From IMG/VR virus record IMGVR_UViG_3300029203_000004: a DNA stretch of 64,000 nucleotides. The stretch is one strand, 5' to 3'. Positions 27,312 through 36,186 of this stretch are shown piece by piece. Each line of letters begins with the position of its first letter. Positions within the stretch are counted from its first letter, which is position 1. The translations under genes were made by a program, and so were the position numbers. Source of the DNA: a virus. A model generated the notes under the pieces. That model made no database searches. It was not told where the DNA came from and saw nothing but the letters and a program-made list of their open reading frames with translations.

Positions 27312-27728
27312 ATGAAAGCATTATTTAAAATGGACTTCGATTGCGGAAGAATGGGCAATCTTGAAGGAGTATTTATTGCAGACACAGAAGATGTCGAATA
27401 CTTAGTGAATAACAAAATCAGTGTTTACTTCGGTGAAGTACTTGGCAAGCACTCTGAAATATCCGGGTGTGTGGCTGAAAGTGAAATCAAACAAATAACC
27501 ACCGATGAAAATGTAATCAAGATAGTTGAAGAATATGGGCTCAACAGTGGGTATAATCCATTTGAATACACTCTTTGTACATCAGAAACGGAAGATATAC
27601 CAGACAACGGAGTTGATTGGGATGATTGTACTGTACAAGAATACATAGACTTTATGAGGAAAGGTATAATACCCCAATATTATGAGAAAGATTATAAAGA
27701 ATGGCTAAGTAGCCAAAAGGAGGATTAA
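27312..27728 (+). CDS. hypothetical protein (138 aa)
   Basis: ORF track. Confidence 0.6.
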   Translation: MKALFKMDFDCGRMGNLEGVFIADTEDVEYLVNNKISVYFGEVLGKHSEISGCVAESEIKQITTDENVIKIVEEYGLNSGYNPFEYTLCTSETEDIPDNGVDWDDCTVQEYIDFMRKGIIPQYYEKDYKEWLSSQKED

Positions 27729-27731
27729 ATC

Positions 27732-27830
27732 ATGCAAGACTATATTTCAGATTGGTTCATTCCTATGGATTTCGGTAATGATATGCCGGACGAAGAACCT
27801 AACGGTGAGGATAACTTTAATTTTGAATGA
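27732..27830 (+). CDS. possible acidic 32-aa peptide
   Basis: Hand translation gives MQDYISDWFIPMDFGNDMPDEEPNGEDNFNFE; ATGA coupling to the radical-SAM gene. Confidence 0.3.
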   Translation: MQDYISDWFIPMDFGNDMPDEEPNGEDNFNFE

Positions 27831-28615
27831 TTATGAAAATAGTAAAAAACAAGAGTTTTGGGAATGGTATCGTGTATTGCTTACGGCTAGATGATGGAAT
27901 GCTTGTAGAAACCACTGACACATTCTTGCCGTACTACACAAAAGACGCTATCGGAAGGAAGCAGAACTTTTTGGATAACGAAAATCTTGGAAACCGTTCG
28001 GAAAGGTGGATGATTGGAGTTTCAACCATGAGTGGTTGTCCTGTACGCTGTAAGTTCTGCGCTACTGGTAATATGAAGAAATACCGCAATCTTACTGCGG
28101 ACGAGATAGTAGACCAAGTTTTATTTGCCATTAAGCAATCTGGATGCTGCCCGAAGGATTCAAAGGAATTTAAGATTAACTACACTCGTATGGGCGAACC
28201 TTTCTTAAACATAGAAGCCGTAAAAGAAGCTATTGAGCGGATTACTGAAATATACCCGAATACACATCATTATGTTTCTACGATTGGTATTAAAGGTAGT
28301 GATTTTTCTTTTGTAAAGGGAAATGTAACATTGCAAATAAGTTTGCATAGTTTCGATGAAGAAAAGAGAGACTGGCTTATTCCTTATCCGAAGAAAATGT
28401 CTATTGAGGAACTTGGGCAAATAAGAACAGAAAGTAACTTGAAAACCACTATCAACTTAACATTGGTAGATGAATCAGACTTTGATGCGGATAAACTGGA
28501 AAAGTATTTTGATAAGAAGCACTTCTTTGTGAAGTTGTCCCCAATCAATCCAAACAATATATCAGAGAAAAACAAACTCGGCAATGGAATTATCGAGGGA
28601 GTTAATTTAGTATAA
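27827..28615 (+). CDS. RlmN/Cfr-family radical SAM enzyme, core part (N-terminally short, C-terminus split off)
   Basis: SGCPVRCKFCATGNMKKYRNLTADEIVDQV (CX3CX2C), MGEPFLN, LQISLHSFDEEKRDWLIP and LSPINPNN are colinear with RlmN/Cfr motifs. Confidence 0.8.
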   Translation: MIMKIVKNKSFGNGIVYCLRLDDGMLVETTDTFLPYYTKDAIGRKQNFLDNENLGNRSERWMIGVSTMSGCPVRCKFCATGNMKKYRNLTADEIVDQVLFAIKQSGCCPKDSKEFKINYTRMGEPFLNIEAVKEAIERITEIYPNTHHYVSTIGIKGSDFSFVKGNVTLQISLHSFDEEKRDWLIPYPKKMSIEELGQIRTESNLKTTINLTLVDESDFDADKLEKYFDKKHFFVKLSPINPNNISEKNKLGNGIIEGVNLV

Positions 28616-28635
28616 ACATTTTAATTGACAGAATC

Positions 28636-28770
28636 ATGAAAGAGATTAAAGAACAGCTTGAAAAAATGGGCTATGACTACGCAGTAGCAATAGCAACAAA
28701 GTCAGAGATTGAGAACGGAGCCGCTTGCGGTCAGCTTTCAATTATAGTTGAAGATGAAACAGAAAAATAG
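28636..28770 (+). CDS. 44-aa ORF encoding the RlmN/Cfr C-terminal AACGQL cysteine motif
   Basis: MKEIKEQLEKMGYDYAVAIATKSEIENGAACGQLSIIVEDETEK versus E. coli RlmN ...[23 protein letters not shown]. Lies 20 nt after the core ORF stop, in a different frame. Confidence 0.6.
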   Translation: MKEIKEQLEKMGYDYAVAIATKSEIENGAACGQLSIIVEDETEK

Positions 28771-28785
28771 TGAACTTTTTGTTCA

Positions 28786-28900
28786 ACCCGCCTGCTCGGT
28801 CTGTAAAGATAGGGTGGGCGAACATGGGACGTTTGGATGGTGTGACTAATGTGACGCGCGGCATTGTAGAGGAGGACAGTTCGATTCTGTCACGCCCCTC
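28786..28900 (+). ncRNA. GC-rich structured element with a tRNA-like T-arm (not a canonical tRNA)
   Basis: GACAG-TTCGATT-CTGTC T-arm at 28875-28891 followed by ACGCCCC. ~53% GC by hand count over 28781-28910. I could not build a cloverleaf acceptor or anticodon stem. Confidence 0.3.
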
Positions 28901-28939
28901 ATAAGTGGCACAAATTACATAACAGCATGTATTATAATC

Positions 28940-29218
28940 ATGAAAAAAGAAGCATACATAAATGAAAACACTCCCGAACTAAGGGATTGGCTAAAAGGAC
29001 AAGGACTTATACCTGAAACATATCCTGATTGTTGTGATTACAATGGTCTGACTGCACCATATCCAAATTCATTTGGAGAAATGACAATGTATAAAGATGG
29101 TGTTAGGTATGAAGAGGATGATGATTTTGAGGAATTTATCATTTGTGAAAACGAAGAAATGTTTAAGGAAACCGTAATAGAACTATTAAATAACAATAAA
29201 TATGAAAACATTTTTTGA
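28940..29218 (+). CDS. hypothetical protein (92 aa), NTPELR-motif family
   Basis: AYINENTPELRDWLKGQGL. Confidence 0.6.
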   Translation: MKKEAYINENTPELRDWLKGQGLIPETYPDCCDYNGLTAPYPNSFGEMTMYKDGVRYEEDDDFEEFIICENEEMFKETVIELLNNNKYENIF

Positions 29219-29750
29219 GTGTAAAATTCGCTACGAAAAAGTAGCAGAAAATGGGATGAATAAGAAAGTAAGTGAGCAATACCTAGTTGATGCGCTTAGC
29301 TTCACTGAGGCGGAAGCACGTATTATATCTGAAATGACACCGTTTATCAGTGGCGAGTTCACTGTTTCGGACATTAAACGCTCCAATTACAGCGAACTGT
29401 TCCCCTCTGAGGAAGATGCAGCCGATCGCTGGTTTAAGTGTAAGCTGTATTACATCACTCTGGACGAAAAAAGCGGAGCGGAGAAAAAGACATCATGCTA
29501 TATGCTTGTTCAGGCATCAGATTTGAGAGATGCTGTAAAGAAACTTGACGAAGGAATGAAAGGCACAATGGCAGACTATGTGATTTCATCCATAGCCGAA
29601 ACTGCCATTATGGATGTATATCCGTATGAAGCGGAAAATGATTCTTGCTTATCGGAATACCCAAGTGGACACAAGACGGAAGCTGTTATAGGCGGAAAGG
29701 GCGTCATTGTAGACAAAACGGGAAATTCAACTGTAGTTTTACCTATTTAA
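29202..29750 (+). CDS. DUF4494-like protein
   Basis: FECKIRYEKVAENGMNKKVSEQYLVDALSFTEAEARIISEMTPFISGEFTVSDIKR matches my recollection of DUF4494. Confidence 0.5.
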   Translation: MKTFFECKIRYEKVAENGMNKKVSEQYLVDALSFTEAEARIISEMTPFISGEFTVSDIKRSNYSELFPSEEDAADRWFKCKLYYITLDEKSGAEKKTSCYMLVQASDLRDAVKKLDEGMKGTMADYVISSIAETAIMDVYPYEAENDSCLSEYPSGHKTEAVIGGKGVIVDKTGNSTVVLPI

Positions 29751-29762
29751 ATTTAAGAAAGT

Positions 29763-30290
29763 ATGTCAAACGAACAACAAAACCAGGTTTTCCATCATTG
29801 GAGAACTGGAAGTCAATCTGATTATGTGGGAGTAGAAATACTCCCTAACGGTCAGTCTATTATTGCTACAATATCCCATATCGTATGGGATGAGAATGCA
29901 AAGGTACAAGGTAGTAAGAAACCATCATGGATTGCTTACTTTAAAGAAACAAACCTTGTTCCTAAACCTATGCTGTTGAACAGTACGAACCGTAAACGCC
30001 TTACCAAGCTGGCACAAACTGATTATCCTGAAACCATCCATGATTTCCGTGTAATATTATGCAAGGAACTGACACGTGACCCAAGCGATGGAGGAAAGGT
30101 TTACGGATTGCGTATAGGGCGTGATGTTCCGCCACCACCACAGAAAGAGAAAATGACGGTGAACTCTGATAAGTTCAAGGCTGCATTGGAAGCATTGAAA
30201 AGTGGGAAATGCGACATTGGATACATCACGGCAAGCTATGATGTGGATGCGGAAGCTATGAAATTGTTTAACGAAGCGACTAAGAAATGA
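29763..30290 (+). CDS. hypothetical protein (175 aa) upstream of the exonuclease
   Basis: ORF track; ATGA coupling to the YqaJ-like gene. Confidence 0.6.
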   Translation: MSNEQQNQVFHHWRTGSQSDYVGVEILPNGQSIIATISHIVWDENAKVQGSKKPSWIAYFKETNLVPKPMLLNSTNRKRLTKLAQTDYPETIHDFRVILCKELTRDPSDGGKVYGLRIGRDVPPPPQKEKMTVNSDKFKAALEALKSGKCDIGYITASYDVDAEAMKLFNEATKK

Positions 30291-31093
30291 TGGAAGCGGA
30301 AGAAAAAGAAAAATTATGGCTTATGAAGAGGTGTGGTAAAATCACCTCTTCCGCCATTGGAAAACTTATGGTTTCCGGGAGAAGGGAAATGACATCTTCC
30401 GAACTAGAGATTGCAAAAAAACAGGGCGTAAAGAGAAAGACAGTTGACGTTCCTTTCGGAGATACAGCTATCTCTTATCTTTATCAGGTTGCAAGGGAGA
30501 GAAGGTTAAACAAACCATGCCGACATATATCCACTTCTGACATGGAGTGGGGAAAGGATCATGAAAAAGACGCTATAGAGTGTTTTAACCATAACACGTT
30601 CTCCAGACTAATGTCCTGTGCGGATGATTTTGACGAAATTGTTTTTGTCGATAATATCTATGATGGATATGGCGATTCTCCCGATGGATATGGATTTGAT
30701 GTCAATGGTAAATTGTCTTATATAGCAGAAGTGAAATGCTTTACTTCTGAAAGTAAGATTGAATATTTGAGAGAAGCCACAAAGGAACAGGCTATAGAGG
30801 AATACTATTGGCAGTTAATGTCGCATTTTCTTTCCCATCCCGATGTGGATAAAATGTATTATATCGTATATGACGGTAAATCTGATGATGATCCATTTGA
30901 TTTACGCCCGGTTAATGATCCGTCAAGGCTTTTGTATTGGGAACTTGACAGAAGCGATTATAAAGATGATATAGGCAGGATGGAGGATAAGTTACAAATG
31001 GCTCTATCTTATCTTTCACTCAACGAACGTGATGCAAAAAAATACCCAATAAGCAAAGTAAATGACTACATTAATCAAGCACAACAAACCTAA
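30287..31093 (+). CDS. YqaJ/lambda-Exo-like PD-(D/E)XK recombination exonuclease
   Basis: GDSPDGYG...YIAEVKC (D..E.K core) and N-terminal RCGKITSSAIGKLM, typical of YqaJ. Confidence 0.65.
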   Translation: MMEAEEKEKLWLMKRCGKITSSAIGKLMVSGRREMTSSELEIAKKQGVKRKTVDVPFGDTAISYLYQVARERRLNKPCRHISTSDMEWGKDHEKDAIECFNHNTFSRLMSCADDFDEIVFVDNIYDGYGDSPDGYGFDVNGKLSYIAEVKCFTSESKIEYLREATKEQAIEEYYWQLMSHFLSHPDVDKMYYIVYDGKSDDDPFDLRPVNDPSRLLYWELDRSDYKDDIGRMEDKLQMALSYLSLNERDAKKYPISKVNDYINQAQQT

Positions 31094-31367
31094 TCGTGGG
31101 GATGAAATAATCATCCCCTATCTTGCCATAGAAAACAATATCAACTTTATCATGCTCAATGGGGGTGTAGGTGACGTTGAACTTATGGACGGAACGAAAT
31201 GTAAGTCAACAAGCTGCACTCCTATCAAATTTGATGATGCAGGAGATGATATATATCGTATATATGGCATAGGAAAAGAAGCATGGAAAATGGCATGGCT
31301 GAAAAGAGTACATACCATGAGTGACGAAATTGTAAAACTAAAGTTAGATTTCAATGCCAGCAATTAG
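31062..31367 (+). CDS. hypothetical protein (101 aa)
   Basis: ORF track; 32-nt overlap with the exonuclease, so the start is uncertain. Confidence 0.5.
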   Translation: MTTLIKHNKPNRGDEIIIPYLAIENNINFIMLNGGVGDVELMDGTKCKSTSCTPIKFDDAGDDIYRIYGIGKEAWKMAWLKRVHTMSDEIVKLKLDFNASN

Positions 31368-31737
31368 CGAATTATGGATAGATTATCCAATATCTTACCG
31401 TGACGAAAAAGGAAGGTTCGTCAAAGGTCATAATTATGGATTTAAGAAAGGAAGGGAAGTGTCGGATGAGGAACGTGAAAAGAAAAGAGTTATTATGAAT
31501 GAACTCATAAAGAAACGAAAGGAAAACGGTTCTTATCTCGGTCATAGAAACAACACAAGGGCTGTCATTGCGATAGAGGATGGCACGAACAGATTCCTAT
31601 GCTTTGAAGCCTGTTGTGACTGTGAGAGGAAATTAGGTATGCCACAACGCTCATGCAGTTCTTTCTGTAAGGGGAAAAACGGGCATAGATGGAGGAACTT
31701 TAAATTGTTTTACGAAGATGAATACGGATTACGTTGA
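31354..31737 (+). CDS. hypothetical protein (127 aa), Cys-rich C-terminus
   Basis: ORF track. Confidence 0.55.
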   Translation: MPAISELWIDYPISYRDEKGRFVKGHNYGFKKGREVSDEEREKKRVIMNELIKKRKENGSYLGHRNNTRAVIAIEDGTNRFLCFEACCDCERKLGMPQRSCSSFCKGKNGHRWRNFKLFYEDEYGLR

Positions 31738-32068
31738 CGAATTTGAAAACTACGACAGGAAGTTAATCAAACTAAATAGTGACACTGCCATTTTGCTGCA
31801 TATATTCAAGAAAAAACCAAACCACCACTTCGAGGATTGGATGGTTCTTCAAGACAATGAGGAATACTTCAAAAAGGAATGTGTTCCTGATTATGAAGAT
31901 TCCGCCAGGCAGTTTGTCAAGCAGTTTGAAGGAGAAGAGTGCATGGCTTTTGTGATTGCATTGAAAAACGAACTTGAAAGAATGATACAAGAAGATGAGT
32001 ACAAACGAAATCAGGCTAAGGGATTACCAGGAGGTGGGGATAACCCGTCTGAGAAATGCCCTGACTAA
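31718..32068 (+). CDS. hypothetical protein (116 aa)
   Basis: ORF track; overlaps the helicase N-terminus by 74 nt. Confidence 0.5.
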   Translation: MNTDYVDEFENYDRKLIKLNSDTAILLHIFKKKPNHHFEDWMVLQDNEEYFKKECVPDYEDSARQFVKQFEGEECMAFVIALKNELERMIQEDEYKRNQAKGLPGGGDNPSEKCPD

Positions 32069-33476
32069 TCATAAACACGTTATATTTTCAGCTTGTGTAA
32101 GTTACGGCAAAACGGTCATAATGAGTTTTATGGCTAAAGGTGCTGTCGAAAAGGGGAATAAGGTGCTTATCGTATCCCACAGATCTGAACTTATGACACA
32201 GACAGGGGGAACGTTGGAAAGAGTTGGCATACAGGCTGAATACATCTCCCCTAAGCACAGGAACATACCTAAAGGTCTAGTAGTGTCCGCAATGGCTCAA
32301 ACTCTCCGTAGAAGGCTAGAAAAGCCCGAATGGGTTGAATGGGTTAAGAGTGTATCTCTCTGCCTAATAGACGAAGGACACACCTCTGATGCGGACTTTC
32401 TCTTTGAATCTGGTTTGCTTGATGACAAGTATGTAGTAGGTCTTACAGGAACCCCGATGAGAAGTGGAAACCAAAGGCAGCTTGGCATGAACTATGAAGA
32501 GATTGTAGAAACCGCTCAGATACAGGATATGATGGACCGGGGAAACATAACCAAGTTGAGGACGTTTACAGTTGATGCACCCGACTTGTCTAAGGTTAAT
32601 ACCGACTATCGTACAGGTGACTTTGATAGCAGGCAGATGGGGGCAGTGTTCAACAAGTCTGTACAGTACAAGGGGGTGATTGAAAACTATATGCGTATCT
32701 GTCCGATGAAAAAAGCAATCTGTTTTGATGCCACACAGGCAAATGCGATAAGGATGTGTGCTGAATTTAATGAAGCTGGCATTCCTGCAAAATTCCTCAT
32801 ATCAGGTATAGACAAGAACAAGCCGGATGAGTTGGAGTTATATGAAAAATACAAGCATCTTACAGGAAACAGGGAACAGCTTATCAAGGATTTCCATGAC
32901 GATAAATTCACCGTTATATGCAACAGTGGCATATTGTCTACGGGATACGATGAAACAAGTATAGAGGTTTGTATATTGAACCGTGCTACCCAATCCGTTC
33001 AGTTTTATATCCAGGCAACTGGCAGGGCTATCCGGCTTCACCCAAATAAGACAGAAGCATTTCTCCTTGACTTCGGTGGTAACATATCGCGGCTCGGCAA
33101 GTTTGAGAAAGAACGTCAATGGACTTTATGGCATAACAAGGGGAAATGTGAAGGGATACAAGGAGTGAAAGAGTGTAAACAGTGTGGTAAATATATTGCC
33201 ATAACCGCTTCGGAATGCCCTTTCTGCGGATATGTATATCCTACCGAAAAGGAAATAAGAATCGCGGAACTGCAAGAACTGGTAGGAGATTTAAAGTTCG
33301 AGCAAATGACACCTACGCAATTTTTCCAGTATGCGGAACTTAAAGGATACAATACTTACTGGGCGATACGGCAGTTGTATATCAGAAATACGGAATCTGA
33401 TTTTCGTAAAGCCATGAAAGAATGCGGATATTCCAGCAAGTTTATATGGGGTTATATCCAAAGAAACAAAAAATAA
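31995..33476 (+). CDS. DEAD/DEAH-box (SF2) helicase with C-terminal zinc ribbon
   Basis: LRDYQ, SYGKT (motif I), DEGH (II), LTGTPMR (III), QATGRAIR (VI), CKQCGK..CPFCG. Confidence 0.85.
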   Translation: MSTNEIRLRDYQEVGITRLRNALTNHKHVIFSACVSYGKTVIMSFMAKGAVEKGNKVLIVSHRSELMTQTGGTLERVGIQAEYISPKHRNIPKGLVVSAMAQTLRRRLEKPEWVEWVKSVSLCLIDEGHTSDADFLFESGLLDDKYVVGLTGTPMRSGNQRQLGMNYEEIVETAQIQDMMDRGNITKLRTFTVDAPDLSKVNTDYRTGDFDSRQMGAVFNKSVQYKGVIENYMRICPMKKAICFDATQANAIRMCAEFNEAGIPAKFLISGIDKNKPDELELYEKYKHLTGNREQLIKDFHDDKFTVICNSGILSTGYDETSIEVCILNRATQSVQFYIQATGRAIRLHPNKTEAFLLDFGGNISRLGKFEKERQWTLWHNKGKCEGIQGVKECKQCGKYIAITASECPFCGYVYPTEKEIRIAELQELVGDLKFEQMTPTQFFQYAELKGYNTYWAIRQLYIRNTESDFRKAMKECGYSSKFIWGYIQRNKK

Positions 33477-33480
33477 CATT

Positions 33481-34209
33481 ATGAAAAACAACATTAATCC
33501 TTGGGAAGTGTTTGATGAGATTGAATGTTCCCATAACCCGGAATATATTGTTTGCGTGTCACATCTTAGACATTACACGAATATTTTTGGCATAGACAAA
33601 AGGCTTATAGATTTTCTTGGAATGGAAAAGAATACAATCTTAGATATTGAAACATTTTGTTTTGGCGGAATGGACGTTTTCGGGATAAAAGAAAATTATG
33701 TTTCCGTAATAGAAGATTGTAAAAGACAAAGGGAAGCAAAGAAAGAAGCCTTGGAGAAAAACAGGAAATTGATATCCATGCTAAAATTAAAACGTGAAAA
33801 TATGTGCGGCATAGGTACAAGAAAGGTAAAATTAATGCTTAATAAAAAGATAAAACAAGGAGATTTTACGGCTAAAATTTACCGTGTTGCATTGGAGATA
33901 CAAGATTACAACATAAAGGCTAAAGACGCTCCATTTCCCTACTCAGAAAAGATGTATGCAAAGAAAGAAGATTTGATTGACAAACTTATCGAAATATATA
34001 ACGAAAGTAAGTTATCTTTTGGGTGCTCGGAGGATAAGGGAAAAAGAGTTTCTTTTATTATGTATTTTGATCTTCCTTTAGGGAATCAAATCTCTTTTCA
34101 CTCTACAGTAAAAAGGAATATTCCTGCATATGAAAAAGAGTGGGATGGATTGGTAAACAGTACATTGGACAAGTTAGAAAAAGAAATAAAACAATACTTA
34201 AACATTTAA
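33481..34209 (+). CDS. hypothetical protein (242 aa)
   Basis: ORF track. Confidence 0.65.
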   Translation: MKNNINPWEVFDEIECSHNPEYIVCVSHLRHYTNIFGIDKRLIDFLGMEKNTILDIETFCFGGMDVFGIKENYVSVIEDCKRQREAKKEALEKNRKLISMLKLKRENMCGIGTRKVKLMLNKKIKQGDFTAKIYRVALEIQDYNIKAKDAPFPYSEKMYAKKEDLIDKLIEIYNESKLSFGCSEDKGKRVSFIMYFDLPLGNQISFHSTVKRNIPAYEKEWDGLVNSTLDKLEKEIKQYLNI

Positions 34210-34211
34210 TC

Positions 34212-35135
34212 ATGGGAAAAAATTTACTTAACAGCGATGGTAAAATTGCCTTGTTTCATGAAGCTATAAGGCTTGACTTTAATCTGCCCAAATATGCCGT
34301 TATAGAGCAGAAAGATCCTAATCCAAGTGTAATGTCTTACGATTTCCTAAAACAATACATGGAAAGCAATGACAAGGAAGGAGTGGCGGAATTTAATCTT
34401 ACCGTTTCACCTACAATGCTTGATTCTGTAAAAACAAACCAGGAACACAAGCAAGTAAGAACCTCTCTTCTTGGCATAAACCATAAGGAAAACTCATGGT
34501 TTAAAAAGATTAAGGATTATGTAGACGAATATAGAAGATCCAAGTTTGACGTAATACATTTCTTTTCTGAGGTGAAGATACAGACAGAGAACGAGATGAA
34601 GCAATACAGGGATAGAATAAAAGACTATATACTGATGCTAGGTTATGCTGAAAGATCCGGTCAACACGCCTTGAAAGAAAAACTGTTCCGAAACATGGTG
34701 ATATGTAAATACGAAAGCATATTGTTCAGTAAAGGATTATACAAGGCTATATCAGAGGAAAATCTTATGAAGTTTGCAAAAGGATGTCCGAAAAATCTAT
34801 GCCTTGATTACATATCTGACTATACAAGAATCATACCATTTGACATAATTAGGAAAAAGACGGACATAGACAAATATGAAATATTTGATAATTATGTCAT
34901 TCTCCACTACGACTTTGATAACAACGGAACAGATTTACCGTCTGACAAGAAAAAAGAAGAGGTGGAAAAAAGAAAAGACCCTATTCTGTTTGGTATTATT
35001 GCAGGAAGTAACAAACTATACTTCATAGGTGACTGGATTGACGAGTATTGCGATTTGCGGTTCGATGATGTGGTAAAACAATGCACGGACGATTTCTTGT
35101 CAGAAAACATTTCTTTGGATGATCTTGCAAAATAG
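34212..35135 (+). CDS. hypothetical protein (307 aa from the ATG)
   Basis: The ATG at 34212 immediately follows the upstream stop; the longer ORF-track start overlaps the upstream gene by 70 nt. Confidence 0.65.
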   Translation: MGKNLLNSDGKIALFHEAIRLDFNLPKYAVIEQKDPNPSVMSYDFLKQYMESNDKEGVAEFNLTVSPTMLDSVKTNQEHKQVRTSLLGINHKENSWFKKIKDYVDEYRRSKFDVIHFFSEVKIQTENEMKQYRDRIKDYILMLGYAERSGQHALKEKLFRNMVICKYESILFSKGLYKAISEENLMKFAKGCPKNLCLDYISDYTRIIPFDIIRKKTDIDKYEIFDNYVILHYDFDNNGTDLPSDKKKEEVEKRKDPILFGIIAGSNKLYFIGDWIDEYCDLRFDDVVKQCTDDFLSENISLDDLAK

Positions 35136-35328
35136 CAACACAAAGCCTTGCAGGAACGGAGAGTATTGCTGCTGTCGCTGCAAGCATAGATACACAGTTA
35201 TTGTAGATGGTTTGTTTGTTGGATACGTATGTTATATTCCTTGGTTTGAAAAAAACGTTGCCATGAAGATAAGAAACAGCGGACATGATATGTGCGAAGG
35301 ATTTGAGATGGTTGATAACAAACTTTAA
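35119..35328 (+). CDS. Cys-rich small protein (69 aa)
   Basis: ORF track; CRNGEYCCCRCKH. Confidence 0.45.
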   Translation: MILQNSNTKPCRNGEYCCCRCKHRYTVIVDGLFVGYVCYIPWFEKNVAMKIRNSGHDMCEGFEMVDNKL

Positions 35329-35361
35329 CCTTTTATTTTTCTCATATATCCCATTTCGTGA

Positions 35362-35369
35362 TACCTTTG
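35362..35369 (+). promoter_or_regulatory. -7 promoter box TAccTTTG
   Basis: 22 nt upstream of the ATG at 35391. Confidence 0.4.
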
Positions 35370-35390
35370 CCAAATACAATTTTTTTTATT

Positions 35391-35864
35391 ATGGTTGAGG
35401 AAAAACGGTCTGCGGAAGAAAAGAAAATGCAGAAAGATATAGTAGTTAGTTATAGGAACGAGAAGGAAGGTAAAGGGTGCAGGGGATTGCTTGTAGCGTT
35501 CTTTTCCGAACTTCTCCATCCTGCTGTAAGTGGTAACAAGTCGGCTGAATTTCGTGCTCTAGGAGCAAAGAAAAGTATGCCGGACCTTGCTTATATACAT
35601 GACGGTAAGATATATGGCATAGAACTTAAAATGCCTGACAGTAACCATGACCGTAATCATATAATAGAACAAGCTGATGTGATGGCTACATATTTCTTTA
35701 GAGGATATTTCGTATGGTCTAAGGAAATGTTGTGGAATATACTTGACGCTATCGAGCGTGGTCAGCCGGGGATGTCAAATACACTACAGATAAAAGATTA
35801 TTGTATGCGTAACAGCAGTACAAAAGTAAGTTTTGAAAAAATAATTAAAGAGCTGTTTCAATGA
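35391..35864 (+). CDS. VRR-NUC-like PD-(D/E)XK nuclease
   Basis: MPDLAYIHDGKIYGIELKMPDS (PD...E.K); start set to the ATG downstream of the promoter box. Confidence 0.5.
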   Translation: MVEEKRSAEEKKMQKDIVVSYRNEKEGKGCRGLLVAFFSELLHPAVSGNKSAEFRALGAKKSMPDLAYIHDGKIYGIELKMPDSNHDRNHIIEQADVMATYFFRGYFVWSKEMLWNILDAIERGQPGMSNTLQIKDYCMRNSSTKVSFEKIIKELFQ

Positions 35865-36175
35865 AAGTTATATATAACAAAATAATTCCATTCAAGGGGT
35901 ACAAGTGTATAAATTTGTTTGGGGTTCTTTTCGTAAGAAAAGGATGTACGATGCGTGAAAGCGATTACAATCACGAAGCGATTCATACAAAACAAATGAA
36001 AGAGCTTTTGTATGTTCCGTTTTACATTTTGTATCTTTTGGAATGGCTGTACAGGCTTACACAAAAAGGTAATGCGTATAGGAATATATCGTTTGAGAAG
36101 GAAGCCTATGATAACGAGAACGACATGGATTACCTTGATAAAAGAGAACATTTTTCTTGGATTGAATACATTTGA
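35861..36175 (+). CDS. small protein with HExxH motif (104 aa)
   Basis: NHEAIHTKQ; ATGA coupling. Confidence 0.5.
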   Translation: MKVIYNKIIPFKGYKCINLFGVLFVRKGCTMRESDYNHEAIHTKQMKELLYVPFYILYLLEWLYRLTQKGNAYRNISFEKEAYDNENDMDYLDKREHFSWIEYI

Positions 36176-36186
36176 ATTTTACATTT

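Noticed and set aside
28812-28898. Canonical tRNA gene
   Set aside because: The T-arm is good, but I could not pair a 7-bp acceptor stem (a GGGGCGT-like 5' strand is absent) or build an anticodon arm with either a short or a long variable loop. Reported only as a tRNA-like structured element.
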